NCBI GenBank assembly: GCA_018647505.1
Contig: JABGSX010000041.1
Span: forward strand, 1-62,226
DNA length: 62,226 nucleotides
Direction of reading: 5' to 3'
From: a bacterium
GTDB lineage: Bacteria > Babelota > Babeliae > Babelales > JABGSX01
Shown: piece by piece, positions 47,013 through 54,303 of the stretch
Numbering within the stretch: position 1 is the stretch's first letter
How the letters are laid out: each line of letters opens with the position of its first letter
Notes under the pieces: model-generated
Database searches by the model: none
The model's input: only the letters and a program-made list of their open reading frames with translations
Told to the model about the DNA's origin: nothing
Program-made: the position numbers and the translations under genes

Positions 47013-47474
47013 ATGGAACCAAAAATAGTTACTTTAGAACCAATTAAAGTTTTATCCATCATGAAACTTGGGCCATATGAAAAGACGGCGCATGAATCAT
47101 GGGAATCCATAATGAAGTTTGCTATTCCAAAGGGTTTGGTAACAAAAAAAACAGGAACGTATGGCTGTTCATATGATGATCCTGCAAAAACAGCGCCGGA
47201 AAAAATAAGGTATGAAGCTTGTATTTCAATAGATAAAGATATTGAAGTAGAAGGGGATTTTAAAATAAAAACAATCGGCGATGGCAAGTATGTTGTGCTT
47301 TTGCACGAAGGGGCATGCGAAGAAGTTGCTCGAACTTATAATGTTGCGTTTAAATGGCTTGCAGATAATAAGATTGATTATAGAATTTCCCCATGTATAG
47401 AAAAGTATCTTAATTATTCGCATGACATTGATCCAAAAGATCTAAGAACAGAGCTTTATATTCCAATAAAGTAA
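47013..47474 (+). CDS. GyrI-like small-molecule-binding domain protein
   Basis: 153 aa with the SbmC/GyrI-like pattern (CSYDDPAKTAPEKIRYEACI…IEKYLN…ELYIPI). Confidence 0.85.
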   Translation: MEPKIVTLEPIKVLSIMKLGPYEKTAHESWESIMKFAIPKGLVTKKTGTYGCSYDDPAKTAPEKIRYEACISIDKDIEVEGDFKIKTIGDGKYVVLLHEGACEEVARTYNVAFKWLADNKIDYRISPCIEKYLNYSHDIDPKDLRTELYIPIK

Positions 47475-47500
47475 TACTGTTTAGACTTTTTTAGTTTTAT

Positions 47501-47529
47501 GCCTCTGCGTATGCGGAGGCTCTTTTTTT
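47501..47529 (+). terminator. rho-independent terminator
   Basis: GCCTCTGC-GTAT-GCGGAGGC (one G-U) followed by TCTTTTTTT. Confidence 0.65.
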
Positions 47530-47670
47530 GTTAAAAAATAGCAAAAACGGGATATTTTTTTTAAAAATAAGGTGCAAAACTAATAACAATTAATCTAGGT
47601 AGAAAAAATATTAAACTATAATCATGTGAAAATTAATAATTGAGAGTAAAACCTTTGAAGATAGGATTAA

Positions 47671-48435
47671 ATGGCTTACAAAGAAATAACTAAAAAAGAT
47701 TATCAAGAGCGTGTTAACAAGATTCTAACATATATACACAATAATCTTGATAAAGAAGTTAAACTAAATGATTTGGCTAATATTGCTTCGTTTTCAACAT
47801 TTCATATACATAGAATTTTTAGTGCTTATGTTGGAGAATCTCTGCGTAGCTATATTAGAAGATGTATTTTATTGCGTTCTGCGAGTTTTATGAGAAGGTT
47901 TCCATTTTCTTCTGTTTCTGATATTGCTATGGATGCTCATTATGATACGCCAGCTGCATTTACTAGAGCTTTTAAACAATACTTTAGTCAGTCTCCAACA
48001 GAATTTAAAAAAAGCAGTTTTTCTGTTCAAGATCTTGAACAGAAATTTAATAAAAAAGAAATTATTAAAATCGAGCCAGAGGTTGTGTTAATTGATCCTT
48101 TTAGGATTTTGTATGTACAAGAAAAAGGGCCATACGATATTTCATCACGAAAGGCTTGGGAAAAAATATTTGCTTTTGAGGATGCTAATAATCTGGAAAA
48201 CTGCATCTTAGAAAGAATTGGAGTTGGATATGATGATCCTGAAACGACTGAGCCTGAAGATATTCGGTATGACGCTTGTTTGAAATTGTGTAGGAATGTT
48301 GTTGCAGAGGGTGAAATAAAAGAACGAATTGTTGATGGTGAAAAATATGTAAAAGCTTTTCACAAGGGGGCGTATTATGAATCAGAAAAGGTCTATGCAA
48401 GCCTTTTTAGATGGATTGTAGAAAAATGGAATTGA
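47671..48435 (+). CDS. AraC-family regulator with GyrI-like domain, apparently frameshifted near the 3' end
   Basis: 254 aa, a paralogue of 46121..46972. The conserved C-terminal strand (FEKYL…EIYVPIV) continues in the +1 frame to TAA 48521-48523 (see findings). Confidence 0.8.
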   Translation: MAYKEITKKDYQERVNKILTYIHNNLDKEVKLNDLANIASFSTFHIHRIFSAYVGESLRSYIRRCILLRSASFMRRFPFSSVSDIAMDAHYDTPAAFTRAFKQYFSQSPTEFKKSSFSVQDLEQKFNKKEIIKIEPEVVLIDPFRILYVQEKGPYDISSRKAWEKIFAFEDANNLENCILERIGVGYDDPETTEPEDIRYDACLKLCRNVVAEGEIKERIVDGEKYVKAFHKGAYYESEKVYASLFRWIVEKWN

Positions 48436-48561
48436 GCCTAGAGATATTACGTGTTTTGAAAAATATCTTCATGGTAAAGGTTCAGTAAATAGGTTAATTG
48501 AGATTTATGTTCCTATTGTGTAATTGCTTTTAATTATTAATTTTTATAAAGGAATTTTGTT

Positions 48562-49086
48562 ATGAAAAATAAAAATCTGTATATGTTTTTTTTAAGTCTA
48601 ATTTTTACTGGTTTTGCTTTTGCATCGGAAGTTAAAGTTGTTAATCTTGAGCCAAAAAGTGTTTTCGCTATTCAAAAAAGAGGTCTATGTTATAGAAGGG
48701 TCGCTTTAAGTGCGTGGGGAAGATTGGCAGGATTGTTTTCCTTGTTTGATTTTCGTGATTTGCCCGCAGAAAAAATAGGGCGTTATCTTGATGATCCTAC
48801 CGATGTAAGTAGTCTTGTGCGATATGAGGCTTGTGTTCTTGATAATGAGTCTTTGCCTTTTGGTGGATGTAGCAAGACTATTGCTGGAGGTCGTCATCTT
48901 ATGTTAACCCATGTTGGACCATATGAAATGCTTCCAGCAGTATACAAAATGCTTTTTGAATCGGCTGCGAAGCTTGGATTGTCGGCTCGAAGTACAGGTT
49001 GTTTTGATATTTATGTTAAAGGTCCATCAGATGTTGGTGGGTGCTTAGATGAAATGGAAACTCGTTGTTACCTTCCTGTAGAATAA
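48562..49086 (+). CDS. GyrI-like domain protein with N-terminal signal peptide
   Basis: 174 aa. The signal peptide is MKNKNLYMFFLSLIFTGFAFAS. The GyrI-like pattern follows (GRYLDDP…VRYEACV…FDIYV…CYLPV). Confidence 0.8.
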   Translation: MKNKNLYMFFLSLIFTGFAFASEVKVVNLEPKSVFAIQKRGLCYRRVALSAWGRLAGLFSLFDFRDLPAEKIGRYLDDPTDVSSLVRYEACVLDNESLPFGGCSKTIAGGRHLMLTHVGPYEMLPAVYKMLFESAAKLGLSARSTGCFDIYVKGPSDVGGCLDEMETRCYLPVE

Positions 49087-49091
49087 AACAT

Positions 49092-49118
49092 AATAAGGGC
49101 GTTTCGAACGCCCTTATT
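49092..49118. terminator. bidirectional hairpin between convergent genes
   Basis: AATAAGGGCGTT / AACGCCCTTATT forms a 12-bp stem with a 3-nt loop. It abuts the stop codon of the ABC ATPase gene. Confidence 0.6.
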
Positions 49119-49843
49119 TAATTTAACATGTGTTGAATTTCTTCATGTGAAAATGTTTTTTCTTTTTTGCTTATCTGTTTTATTCTGCCATTTTTTACTA
49201 TCCAAAGTTTGTTTCCAAATTGTTTTGCCTTTTGAATATCATGAGTAACCATTAGAGTTATATGTTTGTGCTTTTGTGTTGATTCGTCTATAAGTTTTGC
49301 CATTTTTATTGAGCTTTTCGGGTCAAGTGCTGCAGTTGGTTCATCAAGGATAAGTATTTTTGGCAAAATGGCTGTTGCCATTAAAAATGCAATTAGCTGT
49401 CTTTGTCCTCCAGACAGTTCCGACATTTTTTTGTCTAGAATGTTTTCGTCATTAAATAACTCATTTATTTGTTTTACTACTTTGCTGTTTTTAATTATTG
49501 AAAGTCCATTTTTAAGAGATGCTTTTTTCTCTTTTAGAAGGGCGAGGGCAATATTTTCTTTTACGGTTAACGATGGTACGCAATTTTTTTCAGGATTTTG
49601 ATCAAGCGAGCTTATCAATTTTGATCGCTCGCGTTTATTTAAGCTTTGTATAGGGATTGATTTAAGTAGTATTTTTCCATTGGTAGTTTTAATTTTACCG
49701 GAAATACTGTTTAATAATGTGCTTTTGCCCGATCCATTGTGGCCAATTATAACAACAAAGTCTCCTTTCTCTAGATGTGTTGAAAAAGGCTTTAAAATTG
49801 TATTGTTGTTTATTGAGATTGTTATATTTTCAAGCTTTAACAT
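49118..49843 (-). CDS. ABC transporter ATP-binding protein
   Basis: Walker A GHNGSGKST, signature LSGGQRQ and Walker B ILILDEP. Confidence 0.92.
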   Translation of the reverse strand: MLKLENITISINNNTILKPFSTHLEKGDFVVIIGHNGSGKSTLLNSISGKIKTTNGKILLKSIPIQSLNKRERSKLISSLDQNPEKNCVPSLTVKENIALALLKEKKASLKNGLSIIKNSKVVKQINELFNDENILDKKMSELSGGQRQLIAFLMATAILPKILILDEPTAALDPKSSIKMAKLIDESTQKHKHITLMVTHDIQKAKQFGNKLWIVKNGRIKQISKKEKTFSHEEIQHMLN

Positions 49844-50663
49844 TTTTTTCCTTATTTTTTAAAATTATGGTCAAAATTATTACAAGCAAGGCGCTTATAA
49901 GTTTTTGTAGTTCTGGCATTACGTTAAATTCAAACGTCAGGCTAATAATTATTTGAAAAATTATTCCTCCGGCAAGAATCGATATGTTCATTTTGTTTGT
50001 AAATAGCTGGCTTATTTTCATTCCTGCTAGGGTGGATACTATAATTCCAACATTTGCCCATATTGAAAAAAAACCTGTTAGCTGAACAAATAGTGCGCCG
50101 GCAAGCGCTGCAAGGCCGTTACTTATTGCAAGGGCTATTGTTTCAAAAAATATCTTTTTCTTTCCTATCATAGAAAGGAGATTTTTGTTTTCTCCAATTG
50201 ATTGAATGCATAACCCAATCTCTGTAGAAAGCAATTTTTTAACAGCTGAAAAGCAGATTATTGTTATTAGCCCAAGTGGAATAATTTTATTTGCTATAGG
50301 TATTGATTCGAATAAATCAAAAATTGTTCTAGTGTTTAACAAGGCAATGTTTGAAGTGGCGATTACAAGGCTTAGTGAGAACAATATGTTAACGGTAAGA
50401 ATACCACTAAGAAGATTGTTTATTTTTAGTTTGTTGTGCAGAATGCCAGTAAGGCATCCTGCAATTATTCCGGCACCCATAGAGGAGAATAGTGCCAGAA
50501 TTGGACAACAATCTATTGATAATAATTTTGCACAAATGGCACCGCCAATGCTGAAGCTTCCTTCAATAGAAAGGTCATCGAATTTTATTATTTTTGATGT
50601 TAACCATGTACCAGTTATAAGAAGTCCAAAAATTAATCCAAGCTCAATACTTTCTATAATCAT
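49830..50663 (-). CDS. ABC transporter permease (COG4120-like)
   Basis: 277 aa, polytopic. It is translationally coupled to both neighbours by overlaps. Confidence 0.85.
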   Translation of the reverse strand: MIIESIELGLIFGLLITGTWLTSKIIKFDDLSIEGSFSIGGAICAKLLSIDCCPILALFSSMGAGIIAGCLTGILHNKLKINNLLSGILTVNILFSLSLVIATSNIALLNTRTIFDLFESIPIANKIIPLGLITIICFSAVKKLLSTEIGLCIQSIGENKNLLSMIGKKKIFFETIALAISNGLAALAGALFVQLTGFFSIWANVGIIVSTLAGMKISQLFTNKMNISILAGGIIFQIIISLTFEFNVMPELQKLISALLVIILTIILKNKEKNVKA

Positions 50664-51646
50664 ATTTTTTCCTCAATACAGATGATTTTGCAATTTTTTG
50701 TTTGAGGAATTTGTATTCCAAGATATTTGCACAAGGTTTTATTTATACAAATAGCTTTTGCTTTTTGCTTCATGATTTTTATATTGGCTGGTTTTATGTT
50801 TTTTTCAAAAACCATTAAAGCACATTCTGCAGCTTGAAGACCGCATGTTTTGTAATCTGTTCCTGCTGCTGCAAGAGCCCCTTTTTCTACAAGAAGATTA
50901 TCGCTTACAATTAATGGCTTGTGTGCTTTTTTTGCTTTGTTTGCCATTAATGAAATTGTTGAGGCGATTGTGTTGTCAATAGGAGTTAAAACTGCATCAG
51001 CATCTTTGCATGCTTTTTGTGTCGCATGGATAATGTCACATTCTTGTGTTATTCCAAGGCTGATTACTGATAGTCCATTTTTTTGCAGTTTTTGTTTCAT
51101 TGTTTCTGCCATATCAGCAGAAGAAACTTCTCCTGTATTAAAAATAATAGCAACAGTCTTTGCTTTTGGTGCAAGCTCTGAAAGCAACCTTACGGTTCTG
51201 TCTATATCTATTACGTCACTTGAGCCGCAGACATTTGTTTTTTTGTGTATAAGGCCAAGTTTGTTTGGATCGGTAATCGCTGTTATGAATATTGGTTTTT
51301 TCTTTTCGATGTTTGCCATTGCTTGAGCAGCAGGAGTTGCTATGGCAAGGATTCCATCAATGTTTTTATTATTATGAAAGCTTTGTGCTATTGTGTGAGC
51401 GTTTGAAATTATTCCCTGTGCGTTTCGTGTAACAAAATTTACACGGTTTCCAAGGGTTTTCCTTAGCGAATTTACAAAGCTGGTTCTTGCTGCGTCGAGA
51501 GCAGGGTGTGATGCGGTTTGTAAAATACCTATGGTTAAACAGTTTTTCTTTTTTCGGTTAATAAGTAACGAGCTTAATATTGCTAAGGTTATAATTATTA
51601 ATGTTGCAGCCAATCGCTGCGTTGCTAAACGCTTAAGATTTTTCAT
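50660..51646 (-). CDS. ABC transporter substrate-binding protein (COG2984/ABC_sub_bind-like)
   Basis: 328 aa with an N-terminal anchor and the family-typical start IGILQTASHPALDAARTSF. Confidence 0.82.
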   Translation of the reverse strand: MKNLKRLATQRLAATLIIITLAILSSLLINRKKKNCLTIGILQTASHPALDAARTSFVNSLRKTLGNRVNFVTRNAQGIISNAHTIAQSFHNNKNIDGILAIATPAAQAMANIEKKKPIFITAITDPNKLGLIHKKTNVCGSSDVIDIDRTVRLLSELAPKAKTVAIIFNTGEVSSADMAETMKQKLQKNGLSVISLGITQECDIIHATQKACKDADAVLTPIDNTIASTISLMANKAKKAHKPLIVSDNLLVEKGALAAAGTDYKTCGLQAAECALMVFEKNIKPANIKIMKQKAKAICINKTLCKYLGIQIPQTKNCKIICIEEKI

Positions 51647-52135
51647 TTTATTCCTTTAAAATTTTAATAATTTAAAAATTGGGCAAAAAACAATTGTCTT
51701 TTGCAAAGACCTATTGGTTCAAAAAATATTTATTGTAATAATGAAAATTGATAGAAAAAATTAGAACCAATAATAATAGAATTGGCTGTATGGATAAGAA
51801 AAGAAGAATGTAGCGTTAAAAAATGAAATGTTTTTAGAATTATTTTGCATAGAAGAACTTCCCGTATTGCAAATATCGGGACTATTCGTGCGATGATTTT
51901 TCGCGATAGTCATTGTTCTGTTCCTTTTGTTTAACATTAAAAACACTACATAAATAAAGCTAACTTTAAAATTTCAATTTGTCAACAAACAGCGGTGGAT
52001 ACATTTTTAGTTTTCTTATTATCTCTATGCATACGACGGCGGTATGCATTCTTAGAAAAAAAATAAAGTCATTCCATTTATAAAGTCTTTTTTGTTAGTT
52101 TTTGTAAAAAGTAAATTTTTGTAGGGGGTCTTGTA

Positions 52136-52444
52136 ATGAAAATATTTTTAACATTTTTAATTTTATGTTTTACGTTTTTTTTGAATTCTTCTGATGGTGG
52201 CGTTGGAGAAAGAGAGGTTCCAATTTTTGCTTGTAGAAATTTTGATGCTGGTGAATATTTTTTGGCTGGTGAGCCATTGTCGGAAGAGGACTTAGAAATT
52301 GTTTTAAAACACAAAAAACTTAGAAAAGTAATTTTATTTACTAACTACAGGCGCACTGATTTGTATAAAGAAAGTTGGAGAAAGGCTGTTTTACAAAGAA
52401 TATCAGGAGAGGTTGTTACGTTTTGGATTGACCCAGAAGGATAA
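52136..52444 (+). CDS. hypothetical secreted protein
   Basis: 102 aa. The signal peptide is MKIFLTFLILCFTFFLNSS. GGGGG SD lies upstream. Confidence 0.5.
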   Translation: MKIFLTFLILCFTFFLNSSDGGVGEREVPIFACRNFDAGEYFLAGEPLSEEDLEIVLKHKKLRKVILFTNYRRTDLYKESWRKAVLQRISGEVVTFWIDPEG

Positions 52445-52506
52445 ATGAGGATAAAATTATTGGTTTGTTTGAATGATTCGGCATATCGAAAAACGATAAA
52501 AAAATG

Positions 52507-52535
52507 TTGACTTTCGATAAAATTAATTATAGAAT
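52507..52535 (+). promoter_or_regulatory. sigma70-like promoter
   Basis: TTGACT (52507-52512), a 17-nt spacer, then TAGAAT (52530-52535). It is flanked by TATCG-N5-CGATA (52484-52498) and CGATAAAA direct repeats (52494-52501, 52515-52522). Confidence 0.4.
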
Positions 52536-52568
52536 TTGTGAGGTGAAGAAAAAGAAGCAAGGAGAGAA

Positions 52569-52682
52569 GTGGAAGCTAAGATTGAAAAAAAATTCAACTC
52601 CTTGGAAGCGATTGAAACGGTTTGCAGGGGAAATGACAACGGGGAAAGGTCAGTAAAGAAACATAACGTTGTTCTTTGCTGA
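52569..52682 (+). CDS. candidate 37-aa small protein or leader peptide
   Basis: AAGGAG (52559-52564) lies 4 nt before GTG 52569. The ORF reads MEAKIEKKFNSLEAIETVCRGNDNGERSVKKHNVVLC-stop (TGA 52680-52682). It lies between a promoter and a terminator and is too short for the ORF track. Confidence 0.3.
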   Translation: MEAKIEKKFNSLEAIETVCRGNDNGERSVKKHNVVLC

Positions 52683-52695
52683 TTTTTCTTTTTTT
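52651..52695 (+). terminator. terminator or attenuator hairpin
   Basis: CAGTAAAGAA (52651-52660) pairs with TTCTTTGCTG (52672-52681), 10 bp with one G-U. It is followed by ATTTTTCTTTTTTT. Confidence 0.5.
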
Positions 52696-52730
52696 ACTAC
52701 TCTTTGGTTTTTGTAATAGAAGGGTTTCTT

Positions 52731-53264
52731 GTGAAAAATGTAAAAAAATACTCAAAAATTCTTTATTATTTTGGATTTTGTGTCGTGCTACCATGTATCG
52801 TTTTTGCTTATATTCTAAATGTTACGGTTCTATTTTTTCCACATGTTTTTAGTCGCTTGACAGGTTTTTTGATTACAAGCCCATTTGATTATGTTTCTGT
52901 TTTTTTAAAGATTGCCTGGGCTATTGTTTTTTCAATTTCAGACTTTTTGTTTGCTTTTGGTTTTTTTTATTTTGTAAGATTATTGCGTCAGTATTACAAA
53001 GGATATATTTTTGTAGACAGGTCTCTTTCATTACTAAGAACGATAAGTCGCGTGGCGTTGACTTGGACAATTTATCAGCCGATTCAAAATACATTAAGAA
53101 CATTGATATTAACTTTTCACTTGGGTCATGGTAAAAGGAAGATAAGCCTTCCGTTAGCATCGAAAGATATTTTCAACATTTTTGTTGTTTTTTGTTTTTT
53201 AATTATAACTTCGTTAATGTACGAGGGATATAAATTGAAAAAAGAACAAGACTTAACCGTGTGA
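52731..53264 (+). CDS. DUF2975 family membrane protein
   Basis: Polytopic membrane protein immediately upstream of a YozG-like HTH gene, which is the characteristic pairing. GTG 52731 is preceded by GAAGGG. Confidence 0.7.
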   Translation: MKNVKKYSKILYYFGFCVVLPCIVFAYILNVTVLFFPHVFSRLTGFLITSPFDYVSVFLKIAWAIVFSISDFLFAFGFFYFVRLLRQYYKGYIFVDRSLSLLRTISRVALTWTIYQPIQNTLRTLILTFHLGHGKRKISLPLASKDIFNIFVVFCFLIITSLMYEGYKLKKEQDLTV

Positions 53265-53271
53265 TATAAGC

Positions 53272-53484
53272 ATGACAAAAATTATAGTAAAACTTGACCA
53301 AATTATGGTTCAAAGAAAAATTCGACTTAATGAGCTTGCAGAGCGAGTTGGAATTACTGAGGCCAATCTTTCAATTTTGAAAAATGGAAGAGCAAAAGCC
53401 ATGCGATTTTCTACGTTGCAAGCTTTATGTGAAGTCTTAGATTGTCAGCCTGGAGATATTTTGGAGTTTGACAAAGAGGGCTGA
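53272..53484 (+). CDS. XRE-family HTH transcriptional regulator (YozG-like)
   Basis: 70 aa: IVKLDQIMVQRKIRLNELAERVGITEANLSILKNGRAKAMRFSTLQALCEVLDCQPGDILEF. Confidence 0.9.
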   Translation: MTKIIVKLDQIMVQRKIRLNELAERVGITEANLSILKNGRAKAMRFSTLQALCEVLDCQPGDILEFDKEG

Positions 53485-53516
53485 GCTAAGTTTTTATTTA
53501 GGGAGAGTATTATATT

Positions 53517-54191
53517 ATGAAAAGAATAATTTTGATGTCTTTGTTATTTGTGTTTGTTTGTTCTTTAAAGCCTATGGAGAGTGATGTTCCTTCTAAAGAT
53601 AAAAAAGTTGTAAGGTGGGCTGATAAGGTTGGGCAAGACTTAACAGAGGACTTTGTTAGGCCAACCTATTATACACGACGCAAGGCTGATTCCAAGGTGC
53701 CGCCACCAGTTCCGTATGAACCTGTTTTAACTGGAATAACATTAGAAATTGATAGGCTTGAAGACAGTGTTGTGGACCTTGAATTGGCTATTAATAAAGC
53801 TCTCAAAATTATGGTGGCCGCTGAAAATTTAAAAAGTGTTCCTGATGAGGAGGAAAGAGGTTTGCGTTCTCAAGAAGAATCAAATTTTAGATTGTTAAAT
53901 AGTACATCAAAAAGTTGTCTTAGGGTTGGAGTTTCTGTTGAGGTACTAAAATCCAATATTGAGTTTTTTTATGGGTTACTACAAACTGTCACTCGTTCAA
54001 AATTCAAGTTTTCTAATTCTTATGTTTCATCGTTAAAAAGTTTATTAACAACGTTTCGTGATCAATTGGTAAAAGTCGTCAACGACAGAGTTGAAAGGAT
54101 CAATATAAGAATAGGAGAGCTAAGATTGGTAGAAGAGGCTGAGCATCTATTGGAAGATGTCGTAGAGGAAGAAGAGGAATCCGAAGAATAA
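53517..54191 (+). CDS. hypothetical secreted coiled-coil protein with acidic C-terminus
   Basis: 224 aa. It has the signal peptide MKRIILMSLLFVFVCSL and a C-terminal EDVVEEEEESEE. Confidence 0.55.
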   Translation: MKRIILMSLLFVFVCSLKPMESDVPSKDKKVVRWADKVGQDLTEDFVRPTYYTRRKADSKVPPPVPYEPVLTGITLEIDRLEDSVVDLELAINKALKIMVAAENLKSVPDEEERGLRSQEESNFRLLNSTSKSCLRVGVSVEVLKSNIEFFYGLLQTVTRSKFKFSNSYVSSLKSLLTTFRDQLVKVVNDRVERINIRIGELRLVEEAEHLLEDVVEEEEESEE

Positions 54192-54303
54192 AAATAACTA
54201 TTATTTAAGATGTTAATTAAAACTGTTATTACCTAAAAGGGTGGTGACAGTTTTTTGATGTTGAATGTTAAAATACCTTGGCCATTGGTTGGGGTATTCA
54301 ATT

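Noticed and set aside
52543-52650. An SRP-RNA or riboswitch-like appearance of the purine-rich leader (CAGGGGAAATGACAACGGGGAAAGGTCAG).
   Set aside because: It does not reproduce the conserved SRP domain IV sequence or any riboswitch core I can recall. The region is better explained by the SD plus small ORF.
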